The position numbers and the translations under genes are program-made. Below are positions 1-13,019 of a DNA stretch of 64,000 nt, in pieces. The notes under the pieces are model-generated. The model was not told the DNA's origin. It ran no database searches and saw only the letters and a list, made by a program, of their open reading frames with translations. Every line of letters begins with the position of its first letter. The first letter of the stretch is position 1. This stretch comes from Leucoraja erinacea (Eukaryota), in NCBI RefSeq assembly GCF_028641065.1, contig NC_073387.1:15810001-15874000 (forward strand), written 5' to 3'.

Positions 1-480
1 AACTTAAGTTCTCTCACAAAGGCTCTACCAAGACATTCCTAGATACATGGAACCCTTTCTTTGAACTTGTTAACTCTCTCAACTTGTCCCCGGACTCGGA
101 AGAGGACTGAACGCTTTCCACCATTGTCCTGCTCTACTGCAGCTGCTCTCCCCTTAACACCCCCCCCCCCCCCCACACTGATTTATTTAATTGCCTACTT
201 ATTTACTTATTAGTGCCCTTTTTTTTTTTTTTTTTAGTACTTTTTGTTTCGTTTATCTTACCATATTTGTGTGGTTGTGTATGTATGTGAGTGTTGTTTG
301 TCCCCGTTTGGTTCCGACCTGATTCGGGTGGGTTGAAGGTGGGTAAGGGTAAGGGCGTTGAGAGTCGCTTACATACTGTTGCACGATTATGCCGACTGTC
401 ACTGTCTGTTATCATTGTATGTATGCAAATTGCTGTGAAATTCAAATAAAAAGATTTAAATGTGAAATGAGGAAAAAAAA
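1..480 (+). mobile_element. L1-clade LINE 3' end (ORF2 C-terminus and 3' UTR), truncated by the window edge
   Basis: Reads LKFSHKGSTKTFLDTWNPFFELVNSLNLSPDSEED* (stop 108-110), like the C-terminus of fish L1 ORF2. Followed by a T/GT-rich UTR, AATAAA and A-runs to ~480. Confidence 0.65.
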
Positions 481-489
481 GTTTTTTGG

Positions 490-1515
490 AGGATAAAAAA
501 TGTCAACAGCAATGGGAAATGAGAGAATCTATTGGTTTGTAATGATGATTATATGTCAATCTTCTTGCATCCGTAGTGATCTGATTTAGTTTGGTTTTGA
601 GATACAGCATGGAAACAGGCCCTTCAACCCTCCGTCCACGCCGACCACTGATCACCCGTTCACGCTAGTTCTGTTATCTCACTTTCCCGTCCACTCCCTA
701 CACACTCCAGACAAATTATGGAGGTCAAGTAACCTGCAACCCCGCTCATTCGTACGATGTGGTAGGAAATCAGAGCACCTGAAGGAAATCCACGTGGCCA
801 CAGGGAGCGTGCTATCTCCACCCAGAGAGCACCCGAGGTCAGGATTGAACCCTATATTTTGTCCCTTCATGTTCAATTCAGTGTCAAGTTTCTGAGGTAA
901 AGAGAAAAGCTGAGTGCTAACCAGCCTGGGCAAAGGCAAGTATCATTAATGCTATTCACAACTGAACTTAGAATTGTTTCTTGTAACACATGTTCAAGCA
1001 AATGACTGCGTGATGTTTGAAATGTCTATGATAATGGCACAAACAGAATCGCTTGTTTTGTAATAAAGGGAACGATCATTATTCTTGCCTGTTCATGCTG
1101 TAGCTGGTCCGATAGTTCAAACCTATATTCAATTGCATCAGATCATGGTGGAGGTTGGACTGAGGAGGTCACAAATGAGCTGCATATGATAATCAAGCTA
1201 TTACAATTTTACAAAGGATGTCCAATATTAAGAGCAATCTTCTCCTGAGTTCTCAATTTCACTCAAGGTAGAACCTTCAGCAAACATTTTCACAATTATA
1301 AGTTTTTCCCTATGTCATTTGGTGTTCTCCAAGCCTAACGTCACAGAGTTGCACCAAGATCTTCACAGCCTGGAGATACAGACATGAGAGATACATTGTG
1401 TACCAGGCATACACTGGTCCTATCCCCGAACTCTATCCCCATTACATTGACGACTGCATCGGTGCTAGAAAATATATCCACAATATTCAAGCACAATTCA
1501 TACACAGAATTGTTG
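490..1515. repeat. Copy of the region upstream of the minus-strand Ig receptor gene
   Basis: Collinear direct match to ~28450-29248 plus 31013-31556, and to ~43670-45020, with an internal deletion near 860. Confidence 0.9.
585..855 (-). mobile_element. HE1/V-SINE-type tRNA-derived SINE, 5'-truncated
   Basis: Homologous to copies at 28555-28860, 43775-44090 and (inverted) 8972-9270; CR1-like tail ending in (TAAAC)n. Confidence 0.75.
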
Positions 1516-1757
1516 GATGGCAGGTCACTGACTCTAGGGGATAGATTTATTTGACATAAAATGCATCAAGATTTAACGGGAGAGAATTGGAATATGAGAT
1601 TGTTTTGAATGATGGAACAGGCTCAAAGTGACAAATAATGCTCCCCCATTCTCTTTTGCATGTTTCAATAGGTTTGGGGATGATTTGATGTTTTCTTTGT
1701 TCTTCACACTTCTGAAGTTTATTTACACATTGTGAAATTTAGTTGAGATAAACAACA

Positions 1758-1767
1758 GGAAGTGAAA
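1758..1767 (+). promoter_or_regulatory. Putative ETS-IRF composite element (GGAAGTGAAA) upstream of the plus-strand pseudogene
   Basis: Matches the GGAAnnGAAA consensus; copy B has GGAAGCGAAA at 52791-52800. Motif match only. Confidence 0.3.
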
Positions 1768-1861
1768 CAGCACAGAGCTCAGAATAGACAAATCATTGTG
1801 GTTAAATTGCAAGACCGCTCTTCATGCAGCTTTGAACATTTCTCTGAATTTCAAGCCTCAC

Positions 1862-2530
1862 ATTTTTAATATTCAAAAATAAACTTTATTTCAGAATAAA
1901 ACATATATACGAAACTAGTCTGAAGGGTCCCAACTCGAAACTCTCCTTGTTCTCCAGGAGTGCTGCCTGACACACTGAGTTACTCCAGTATTTCATGTCT
2001 TTCCTTGGTAAAATAGCATCTGCAGTTCCATATTTCTATACAAAACTAACACAAACGCTCTTTGTGTCTATACATTCAATAGTGTCACACTCAGTAGTGT
2101 TTCCACCTATCTTTACACAATACACCCATGACTGTCATTTGCACCCCCCCCCCCACCCCCCGGGGTGATATCCCTTCCATTGTATGAGGGGTGACCCACC
2201 AGACTCAGTCCTCAATGTCTGCAGTGGGTCAATCAGCCTCATTCCTAGATGGACCTCTCTTTGTCACATAGTTGTTTTATTCCTCAGCACAGTAACAGTG
2301 TGTGGGACATGGGGCAATGTTCCTGTCCACATTGTCCAGCCTTTGACCCACAGTGGGCAGCACCAGAACAAAAATAATGCATTTGAAGATTTGTCTTTAG
2401 AAACAAGTAAACAGAATGCTGTCTCCGTATCACCAGCGTCCTCAAGGAGAGCCAACCTGCGATCCTTATACAGTGTGTTCTGTACATGACCATGGGGCAC
2501 AATAATGTGGGTGACTCTGGAGTGGCTCAC
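1862..2530 (-). mobile_element. Degraded Tx1-like LINE 3' fragment with an inserted Penelope-derived short repeat (~1915-2035)
   Basis: A-rich 3' end at ~1862-1895 and decayed ORF2-like residues; paralogous copy at ~52945-53610. Confidence 0.45.
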
Positions 2531-4730
2531 AACTGGGTCAGTTGAAGGATAATTCAGGATGGCATGAAAATGTCCACATTTAATGGAAACATTAAAAATG
2601 AGAAATGTTCAACTTTTTTTCTTTACCAGTCCTCTGGAGTAGCATCATGACCTCCTGACTCTGATGTTCAATGGCCTTAGCATTGAAGGCAAGCATACCA
2701 TACCCATTCTTTTCTACCCCATCTACTTGTGCTGCCACCTTCAGTGTCCAATCAACTTGTAGTCCAAATGTGCTGAAGATATGTGTCTCAGATCGGCTCA
2801 GTCTAAAACTGCACTTTATTTCTCACAGGGAATCCACAAAATGAGGCTGAAGTTTCTGTTTTATTGGCTATACTCAATAAAACATTTGGCAACTATCAAT
2901 TTACTGATCAAAGCCTAAAACTGCACATTATTTCCAAACAGAGAATGCACAAAATGAAGCCGAGGTTTATCTGCAGAAGTTTGCCAATTGGTTTGATGCT
3001 CGGTTACTTTGTTTTCCTGCTTCGACCTGTTTCAACTCAGAGTAAGTGCTTTCTCTTTACCGGTCACAATCACCATGCTTTAATTTAATATTATCCGTGT
3101 AAACCCGCACCCTTTTGTCAATCTTGCTTTCAGCCGTGTGGGTGGGGGGGGGGGGAGAAGACTGGACCAGCTCTCATCTGGATAACCGCGTCTCGTTTGC
3201 AGCCAGGATTGAACCCGTACCCCCGCAACCACCAACGCTGCCGAACCGCAAGCGCTGCATAACCGCTAATGGACCGTCCATGGTTTCCCACCCCCCCCAC
3301 CCACACGGCTGAAAGTCCAAGGCCGCACCGCCAGCTCAAGGCCACCCCGGACATCTCCGGACACGGATGGGACACCGTGGATGGGACGGCCCAGCAGCAA
3401 CAAGAGCACTCCGACCCCGACCACGGACGAAACACAAGTCTGCACACAATGCAGCACCACTGTTGCCGAAACTTTATAGCTAGTGACCTATGACCTGGGC
3501 ATGGGCAGGCGTAATACTGAACTCCCTTATCCAACCTCCAACAATCTATTTCTCAGACAATGATTCACAGGAATGAAAAAAAACAAAGTGCTGTAGTAAC
3601 TCAGCAGGTCGGACAACACCTCTGGTGAATATGGATAAGTGACATTTCAGGTAAGGAACCTTCTTCGGATTCACAGTTGTCTGATGAAGGGTTCTGACAC
3701 AAATTGTAACCTATCCATGTTCCCTGGAGATGCTGCCTGACCCGCTGATTACTCCAGCACTTTATGTCTTTCAGAGGAAGGTCAAAACGTTCTGGAAATA
3801 AATGGAATTCAAAATCTTAAATTGCTGACATGGGGTGGAGGAAATGTGTTCTAAATTCCTTCATTGCTCCTCTTTCCAACAGAAAAGAGAAATCGGATTT
3901 ATTTTGTGGATAATGGAGGCAGCATTAAGTTAAAAGGACCGGAAAATCCTGGAGCAACGTCATTGTTTGGGAATGGGAACCACACTCAGGGCAGGGAATC
4001 CAGACAGTGTTAACTGGCAGCAGAGCGGACAAGCATTGGGCCATCCAGTGGGGCGATGGCTGGAGAGACAGAGACAAGAACCAGGAGGTGGATGTGGATG
4101 CCACTACTTGTAAACTGACATTAAAAAATAAGCATTTAAATGGGCGGGATTCTTCACTTTGACTAAAACACAGCCGAGGAAGCAAATCCTGAAACAATAT
4201 CAAATATTTGGGATCAAAGGTGAGTGGGTGAGACATGGATCTATAATGAGTTTCTCTGTTAATAATGTCACGTGTAAACCTGTGTGTTGATGTGAATACT
4301 CCAGTCAGTCAGGGCTATGTGTAATAATGGGGCTACAGTTAGTGTCTTCACTTTTCTTTGATCACAGACAATCGCAGTACAAGGTAACTCAACATGTCCA
4401 CCAGGGAACTTTTATATATTCCACATAATAAATCCCCAATACAACAGTAGGAACCAAAATCAATGGGAGAAGACTAACTCAGAAATATCTTATACAATAA
4501 TTATAATATGATTCGTAGCCTTATAATGACAACAATAGAAATAATTATAATATCATTAGTTGCCATATAATGACTTCAATAGAAATAATATATTGTATAA
4601 TATTATCATTGATATAATAAACATTTCAAAAATAAATGCAATACAATACAACTAAGATTACAATCTTCCCTTGGTGCAAAAAGAAATGTCCTCATTTAAA
4701 CAGTGACCAACAAGCCACAGCACTGGCAAA

Positions 4731-6350
4731 TGACACAAAAAGCTGGAGTAACTCAACGGGACAGGCTGCATCTCTGGAGAGAAGGAATGAGTGACGTTTC
4801 GGGTTGACATCCTTCTTCAGACTGGTTAGGAATAAGGGAAATGAGAGATATAGACAGTGATGTGGAGAGATAAAGAACAATGAATGATAAATATACAAAA
4901 AAGTGATGATGATAAAGGAAACAGGCCATTGTAAGCTGTTTGTAGGGTGAAAATGAGAAGACAATGTGATTTGGGTGGGGGAGGGATGGAGAGCGAGGGA
5001 ATGAGGGGCTACCTGAAGTGAGAGAAATCAATATTCATGCCACTGGGCTGTAAGCTGCCCAAGTGAAATATGAGATGCTGTTCCTCCAATTTGCATTTAC
5101 CCTCACTCTAACAATAGAGGGGAACGAGAACGAGGAGAAAGGTCTGTGTAGGAATGGGTAGGACAATTGAAGTGTGCAGCAACCGGGAGGTCAGGTTGGT
5201 TCACGTGGGCTGAACAAAGGTGTTCCGTGAAACGATCGCCCAGTCTGCCTTTGGTCTCGCCAATGTAAAAGAGTCTACATCTTGAACAACAGATACAGTA
5301 GTTGAGGTTGGAGGAGGTGCAAGTAAACCTCTACCTCACCTGAATGACTGTCGGGGTCCCTGGACAGAGTCAAGGAAGGAGGTATAACGACTGGTGTTGC
5401 GTCTTCTGCGGTTGCAGGGTAAGTTATTTGGGGAGGGGGTGGTTTGGGTGGGAAGGGATGAGTTAACCAGGGAGTAGTGGAGGGAACGTTCTCTGCAGAA
5501 GGTGGAAAGTTGTGGAGCTGGGGAAATGTGGCTAGTGGTGGGATCCAGTTGTAGGTGGTGGAACTGTAGGAGGATTATGTGTTGTATACGATGGCTGATG
5601 GGGTGTAAGGTAAGGACTGGGGGGATTCTGTCTCTGTTGTCACTAGGAGGAGGGGGAGCAAGGGCGGAGGTGCCGGGTACCAAGAAGGCATGAGTGAAGG
5701 CCTCATGAATGATGGGAGAAGGGAACCTCCATTGCCTATAGAATGAGGCCATCTTGGATTATGTAGCATGAAATAACTCATCTTTGCGGCAGGTGCAGAC
5801 TAGATGGAGGAATTGTGAGTAGGAGATAGAGTCTTTGCAGGAAGCAGGGTGGGAAGAAGTGTAGTTGAGATAGTTGTGGGAGTCAGTGGGTTTGTAATTG
5901 ACGTCAGTTAATAGTCTATTTCTTCTGATGGAGGCTGTGATCTCAAGAAAGGGGAGGGAGGCTTCGGAGAAAATTTGAATACCACTGAAAATTGGCGATG
6001 ATGGTCCATGAGTTCTGCATGGGTGCAGGAGGTAGCACCGACGCAGTCACCAATGTAATGGAGATAGAGTTTGGGTATATGGCCAGTGTATGCCTGGAAC
6101 AGGGATTGTTCAACGTACCAAACAAAGATACAGGCATAGCTGTCAATATGGATGCCCATAGCTACGCCTGGAGCATGGAGGAAGTGGGATGAGTCAAAGG
6201 AGAAGTTGTTGAGGGTGAGGACCAGCTCCGCTAACACCATTATTGATTTCATCACTTCTGACTGTCTGCCTTCCACAACCTGCAACCCAATCGTTTCCCT
6301 GCACCGCATAGCCCGTTTTTACCTTCTCTCCAGGACCAGGCCAAGCTGGC
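4731..6350 (-). mobile_element. Penelope-like retroelement, 5'-truncated and decayed
   Basis: RT motifs LVLTLNNFSFD..GVAMG..YIGD and YKPTD; GIY-YIG nuclease CSRCRLFYIGETKGRLGDRFTEHL; terminus with CTGAAGA..GAAACGTC. Confidence 0.9.
4789..4823 (-). ncRNA. Putative minimal type I hammerhead ribozyme of the Penelope terminus
   Basis: AGT-CTGAAGA-AGGATGTCAACCC-GAAACGTC-ACT: catalytic boxes, stem I AGT/ACT and palindromic ACGT stem III. Confidence 0.6.
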
Positions 6351-6354
6351 CATC

Positions 6355-6645
6355 CGCAAGTCAAGAGTCAAGTCAAGAGAGTTTATTGTCATGTGTCCCA
6401 GATGGGACAATGAAATTCTTGCTTTGCTTCAGCACAATATAATAGGCATGAGTACAGAACATATCAGTGAGTCCATATACCATTATAGAAATAAATACAC
6501 GCATCAACAAATAAGCAGATAAAGTGCAAATAAACAGATAATGGTCTATTAACGTTCAGAGATTTGTTCCAGTTGAGTTTAATAGCGTGATGGCTATGGG
6601 GAAATAGCTATTCCTGAACCTGGACGTTGCAGTCTTCAGGCTCAA
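6355..6645 (-). mobile_element. Rex1/Babar-like LINE 3' fragment
   Basis: (CTTGA)n-type tail; a longer copy with RT C-terminal coding sequence lies at ~57275-57770. Confidence 0.55.
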
Positions 6646-6770
6646 AATGTGACCTTGCATGAATTCCACAACAAAACACTTCAGGTTTTACACAATAATG
6701 AGCTGGTCTGGCACCCCAGCGATTCCCCCGTGGGAATGGTGAATGTCTCCTGACCCTCTCACTAACCCTC

Positions 6771-7293
6771 ATAGATTCATAATTCTGTTAGTTCATAATT
6801 CTGTTATTTCTTGTTAAAGAATAAAATGTTTATAAACACACATACATGAATGTGATATAAATATATATAATCATATAACACACACAATTATAGTTCTTCT
6901 GATCCAATGATGAACTTTATTTCAGCCTAGACAAGGGACATTAAATAAGAAACATTGTAAACCTCCCCGCAACTTCACACACACTAGGCATTATCCCACC
7001 ACTCAACTCTCTCCCCCAACCCACCCTCCGGCACTCCCTCGCCTGCCCCCACATTATAATGTCTCCCCCCCCCTGTTATGCCCCTCTCCCCGCTGCCCCG
7101 GGCCGCACACCCCCTCTCCCCAGGCCGCACACCCCCTCTCCCTGCTGCGGAAACAAAGATCCGATCTTTGGCCGGAACAAGATGGCGGGGACTGGTCGCT
7201 AAAATGGGTCCTATAATCACCCATGAATCTGCCCATGAGCGTACTACACGTTTGCGTGAGAGTAACCCTTCTCGCTCTGCTCTAAAACCTTTG
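6771..7293. mobile_element. Right half of a TIR non-autonomous DNA transposon
   Basis: Matches 58820-59341, including the terminus ...CTCGCTCTGCTCTAAAACCTTTG; the left half is deleted in this copy. Confidence 0.8.
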
Positions 7294-8971
7294 CTCTGAA
7301 TCTCATTGATCTGTTTTTCACAGTTGAGGCAAGTCCACAGTGCCCTCTGCTGGGCAGTGACGTCACAGCTGCACCATCTCCTGACTCTCAGATACAGTCA
7401 GTCTTCAGTGGAGACCAATGGACTAATCACAGCAGAACACGAGCAACACAGATCAGATCCGTCTGAATAACACGGTCTATCTGATGACCCAACATGTTAC
7501 AGTGGAGGATGGGAAGCTGTATGTGTGTGAAGTGCGGGAGAAAGGAAAAGTCGTTCATACAAGTAATGCCAATTTTAATGTTATTTTGGGTATGTGTCAA
7601 TATCTCATATTAGATATTGAGTATACACTTGTACCATTGGTGCTTATTATAACATCCTGTGTTATAACAAGCACAGTCTGTGAAGAATTGTAGTTCATGG
7701 CAAAAATCTCTCTTGTACAAAATGCTTCAGTGTTCAAGGAGAAGCTTCAAGAAAGTCCCCCTGTGGAGCAGCTGCCTGTTCATCTCTGTTTGACAGATAC
7801 ACAATACTGAAAGAATGAATTTAATATGTTTAGTAAGAGTAACTCAGTGGGGCATTACTGGAGAAGATTAATAAGTGATGTTTTGGGTCAGAACTCTTCT
7901 TCAGGTTGAAGTGATTCCAGCTGCTCCGGACTCGGGCTTCTGATCAGCATTCTGCTGGTAGCCGGACCCAGGGAGAGGGAAGGGCTGGGAACCAATGGGT
8001 GCGAATGGGAGAGGGATGGTGGGAATTCTTTGAAGGGAAGGTTGGAATTGGATGCAAAGAGAGGAAGGAGGCAGCTGGTGGACAGAGAAATGTGACAGAG
8101 AGTGGGGTAGGGCTGATGTTTGCAGCATGCTGGTTCTGTATGAGGGTTAGTGAGAGGGTCAGGAGACGTTCACCATTCCCACGGGGGAATCACTGGGGTG
8201 CCAGACCAGCTCATTATTGTGTAAAACCTGAAGTGTTTTGTTGTGGAATTCATGCAAGGTCACATTTTGAAACATCAGATGAACAAAACAGAAATAATTT
8301 TAATAAAAATCTGGTTGGGAATTTTTACCTGATTACCCCTGTGCCTCAGTAACTGTGATGCTGAAAGGAGTTATATTCTTTTGTCTCGCTGCTATGGACA
8401 TTTTCAGCACATGTCACACACTTCACTGCTCCAGCATAGATCACAGTGAAGTCCAGCTGGTTTGCGATTGTCTTCCTGGTTCCGGACCTGGACATCTAGT
8501 CGCCTAAAAGACCAGCAGAAAGTAATAGCATCAGCAACACTCTCTCAACCCATCAATGTCACCAAGGCCGCTTTCAGGAATTGACTTTCAAACTAATTTG
8601 TAGCTTTCCACCTTTATACCTGCTCAGACTTAACATAATCGTTACATCAAGCTTTTAAATGCATTGCATTTCCTGCCATTACTTAAAAGTGAGAATCAGT
8701 CTTCTTCACACCGGTTCAACATCTGTATTCAGCTTCCATAGATATTGTGGGAAAACAATGAAGATGAATGATGCAACAACAAAAATGACCATTGCTGGGA
8801 TATTTGTTGTCCCTTCAGCTTGTATTTCAGAATTATAACAACTAGCAATAACGATTTTACTAAAAAATGAAATTTCATTTCTCACTCAGGTGTAGAAGTG
8901 AGGGAGAACTAAACTGTTGGAGGTTGTATCTATAAGATTATATAATCACTGATATGTTGCCCGCAATCTCT

Positions 8972-9270
8972 GAGCACGGTGGTGCAGTGGCAGAGTTGCT
9001 GCCTTACAGTGCCAGAGACCCAGGTTAGATCCTGACTACTGCTGCTGTCTGTACCTAATTTGTACATTCTCCACTTGACCGCTTGGGTTTTCTCTGAGAT
9101 ATTTGGTTTCCTTCCACACTCCAAAAATGTACAGATGTGTAGGATAATTGGCTTGGTATAAATGTGAATTGCCTCTAGAGTGTGTATATAAGTGTGCGCG
9201 GTTTGCTGGTTTGTTGGGTCTCAGTGTGCCGAGTGGCCTCTTTCTGTGCTGTATCTCTAAACTAAACTCA
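8972..9270 (+). mobile_element. HE1/V-SINE-type SINE, full length
   Basis: tRNA-like head (GGTGGTGCAGTGG...GGTTAGATCC), V-SINE core, and CR1-like tail GCTGTATCTCTAAACTAAACT. Confidence 0.8.
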
Positions 9271-9719
9271 CCTGCATTTCGTGGATCTACAGATATCAAT
9301 AGGTGAATTGTTGCCATTGTCCTGACCATTATTTATCCACAAATCAACAGTTATTAATCTGAATATTAGCACATTGTGAGAACATTCTCTGTGGAGATTG
9401 GTTGCTGAATTTCCATCATTCTTACCGGGGCTACTCCTGCCAGTGCCCATCATTTTGTCAGTGGACTTTCCACCAAGATGGTTGTGAGACTGGGGTTTAT
9501 CTTTTGATGTGAAGTGTAGAGAGGGAGGATATCATAGTGCCAGACATTACTGTACAGTTATTGTAAACTTTCTATATCAACTAAGGGATTGTCACCACAA
9601 TAAAAACAAATGTGATCACTTTTCCTTTATTTTGAATGTAGGGTGGCAGAGGTCTCATAGATCTTGGCAATTACAAAAGGACACACATATATACCAACAG
9701 ACAGAGGTTAGGGTCCCTT

Positions 9720-10130
9720 GATAGAACAGCTGGTGATGCGTAAATTATCTCTCAAGGAAGGGTGGGATCATGTTATCCTTGAAGGGGATAATCCATGAGT
9801 GAGGCAAATCATGGATGCAGGAGCCATGTTTAAATCACCACAGGGAACTGAAGTGGGTCAGTGGCTGATGAAAAGCAGAGGCACTGTGTTGAAGAAGAAA
9901 TGGCAAAGTGATGGAAACAGAGAGCTGAGCTACAGTAAAGAGCTTGGAGCTCTGGAGGCTGTGGGGATCCACTCGGAGAGGAATTTAATGAGAAATGAAA
10001 TTCAGAGAAAGGACTTGATTGCCTTGAGGGAATGAGGGAACCAACATGGAGTTAGCTGCATCATCTGGCTGAGGGAGAGTGTGGGAGGGAAAGGAAGAGC
10101 CGAGGAAGGGGAGAATGCAGGGAACTGGAT
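9720..10130 (-). mobile_element. Old L2-like LINE remnant
   Basis: Decayed purine-rich stretch typical of antisense L2; duplicated at ~61770-62175. Confidence 0.4.
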
Positions 10131-11167
10131 CATCAGTCTGAGACAACTTGAAATTAGGAAATTCAATACTTGTGCCTTTGGGTTGCTGGCTACTCTAGTA
10201 TAGCCAGGCGTTTAGAAGAATACCACCTTATATTCCACCACGGAAAGTTTACAACCATTGGTATGTACATGGAATATTCTAATTTGAGGAAACATACACC
10301 TTCTGTGTTGCACTCTCCCCCTCTTTCTGAACCACCTCTAATACTCACATTTTTGTTTCCTCTCCCATCTCCCCTCTCCAGCACCCTTTCTCCTCTCCCT
10401 CTGTCTCCCGGCTCCATCTCCTCTCCACCCACACACTTCACCACTGGATCCCCTCCCCCATCCGGTTCCATCTGCCCTTTATCTCTCCCTTAATGGTTCC
10501 CATCAGCACCATCATGACATCAGATTCCAGCACTTGTTGGCCCCGTCTTCTGTCAAGTACAGAAATGGTAATAGATTCTTAAACCTTGTTGTTGGGAATT
10601 ATGTCTGATCTGATCTTGACCAAGGAACAAACTCATTCATTAAATGTTCTAAAGTGATTTCCCTCACACCGTTGTCACCGTGAATCATGGATTTGTTCTA
10701 CAAGGTCTGTATCATTCAATTGAAGAAGAAACCTAACAATTCTCTAATATTACACTTTAATCATTTTGCTGTAACATGGAGCGTGCATTTCAGCACCACA
10801 AACAGCGGCTGGCTGCCGGTAAACACCGGCACTGTAGACTGAGCTCTGGCCACAGTCACATCAGCCACGACTTTGTTCAAATACCCAGAATTGGATCAAC
10901 TCATCTGGACCTCATCAGCTTCCTATTTATAAGTTAGTTCCAGCCAGAGAGGAGAGAGAAGGAGGAAGCAGGGCAGGAAGAAAGGGAGGGAAAGTGGAAA
11001 ACCCTCTATTAACTGCGCAACTTTTCACAGGCTAGAAAGAAGACTGAGACCGCCAGCACCTCCTGGTGAGGCCAGAGTGAGCTGCTGGGACAAATCCAAG
11101 ATAGCCGGTGTCCTCCCTGATGTCGAATGACTTTGGCCCCGTGTGGACCTGGACCTTCTTGTGACTT

Positions 11168-13005
11168 GTGTGGTGGGCAGTGACTAGCGGGGTGCCGCAA
11201 GGCTCGGTGCTGGGACCCCAGTTATTTACAATATATATTAACGATTTAGATGAGGGAATTAAATGTGACATCTCCAAGTTTCAAAAGTTCAAGAGACATT
11301 TATTGTCACATGCACCAATTGGTACCGTGAAATTTGGGTCACCATACAGCCATACGAATAAAAAAGAACACAACACACGATAGATTTTAACATAAACATC
11401 CCCACACAGCGGACTCAAAGTTTCCCACTGTGAGGGAAGGCACCAAAGTTCAATCATCTTCCTCTTTGTTCACCCACGGTCGGGGCCTTCCGAGCTTTCC
11501 GCAATCACCGTTACAGGTGGCCCGATATACAGGCCCTCTCACCGGGATGATGGAACTCCGACTTCGGAATGGAAGAACATTCTCAGCGGATTGGACTTCC
11601 GAATCGGCCACTTCCTACCAGAGACCGTGGCTCCCGAAGTCCACAGGCCGAGCTGGGCGGAGATTCACACTGACGGGCCTCGGCAAAGGGATCCCAGGAC
11701 TCAGCGGCTGGGAGCGCCACAAACCACAGCTCCGCGATGTTGATGCTGCAGGCCCAACACTCCGGAGCTTCAAACGGCGATACCAGGTAAGGCATCGCCC
11801 GCTTCACGATGAATCCAGTGCTGCACCACTGCTGAAGCTCTGGCTGGTCTCCGGCAGGATAGGCTGCGCCAATCCAGTTGGTAGGTTGCGAGGGGGGGAG
11901 GGGGGCGAAGATGCAACTCGGAGAATAGTCGCACCCTTGCCTGGAAGTGACTGAGAAACGCTTTCCCCCTTACCCTCCCCACCTCCCCCACATAAAAATA
12001 CTAAGAAACCTCCAAAACATACTTTTCAAACATTAAAAATAACAAAAATATGGAAAAACATCCAGACTGTAGGCAGAGGCTGCCATCATACGGTGCCCGA
12101 AGTTTGCGGATGACACAAAGCTGGGTGGCAGTGTGAGCTGCGATGAGGATTGTATGAGGCTGCAGGGTGACTTGGATAGTTGGGTGAGTGGGCAGATGCA
12201 TGGTAGTTGCAGTGTAATATGGATAAATGTGAGGTTATCTACTTTCGTGCCAAGAACAGGAAGGCAGATTATTGTCTGAATGGGAGCAGATTAGGAAAAG
12301 TAGAAGTGCAACGAGATCTGGGTGTGCTTGTACATCAGTCACTGAAAGTAAGCATGCAGGTACAGGAGGTAGTGAAGAAAGCTAATGGCATGTTGGCCTT
12401 CATTGCGAGAGGATTTGAGTTTAGGAGCAAGGAGGTCCTACTGCAGGTACAGGGCCCTGGTGAGACCGCATCTGGAATATTGTGTGCACTTTGTTCTCCT
12501 AATTTGAGGAAGGACATTATTGCTATTGAGGGAGTGTAACGTAGGTTCACCAGGTTAAATCCCGGGATGGCGGGACAGACATATGATGAAAGAATGGGCC
12601 CACTGGGCTTGCATTCACTTGAATTTAGAAGGATGAGAGGGCATATTATAGAAACATTTAATTTCTTAAAGGATTGGACAGGCTAAATGCAGGTAATATG
12701 TTCCCGATGTTGGGGGAGTCCAGAACCAGGGGTCACAGTTTAAGAATAAGGGGTAGGCCATTTAGGGCTGAGATAAGGAAAAAATCTTCACCCAGAGAGT
12801 TGTGAATCTGTTGGGGAAGCCAATTCACTGAATGTTTTCAAGAGTTAGATTTACCTCTTAGGGCTAAAGGAATCAAAGTATATGGGGGAAAAGCAGGAAC
12901 TGGGGTACTGATTTCAGATGATCAGTCATGATCATATTGAATAGTGGTCCTGGCTCGAAGGGCCGAATGGCCTACTCCTGTACCTATTTTTCTATGTTTC
13001 TATGT
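11168..13005 (+). mobile_element. CR1 (HER1-like) LINE 3' portion, interrupted at 11282-12099
   Basis: [24 protein letters not shown]...ISK|FADDTKLGG...RDLGVLV..KKANGMLAFI; (TTTCTATG)n tail near 12990. Confidence 0.92.
11282..12099 (-). mobile_element. ~820-bp non-autonomous retroelement nested in the CR1 RT
   Basis: Splits the SK-FADD codons; flanked by an AAGTTT duplication (11276-11281 and 12100-12105); 3' tail resembles the Rex1-type tail. Confidence 0.7.
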
Positions 13006-13019
13006 CACCATTGTCTGTC

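Larger units (their letters stand above)
2945..8590 (+). pseudogene. Ig receptor pseudogene copy A: leader 2945-3041, D1 3883-4219, D2 7324-7589, D3 remnant ~8410-8590
   Basis: Leader MHKMKPRFICRSLPIGLMLGYFVFLLRPVSTQ|gtaagt is intact. D1 has two -1 frameshifts. D2 has a 4-nt deletion plus in-frame TGA and TAA. D3 is truncated (DHSEVQLVC...QPINVTK). No later exons seen. Confidence 0.9.
1640..10860. repeat. Segmental duplication copy A (direct repeat of ~52695-62745)
   Basis: Near-identical collinear sequence with the same pseudo-exons, Penelope element, SINE and L2 remnants. Confidence 0.97.

Noticed and set aside
8972-9045. tRNA gene
   Set aside because: tRNA-like head of a SINE, degenerate and continuous with the SINE core and LINE tail.
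11430-11954. 174-aa plus-strand ORF
   Set aside because: Lies within a GC-rich non-autonomous repeat inserted in CR1; no recognisable motifs.
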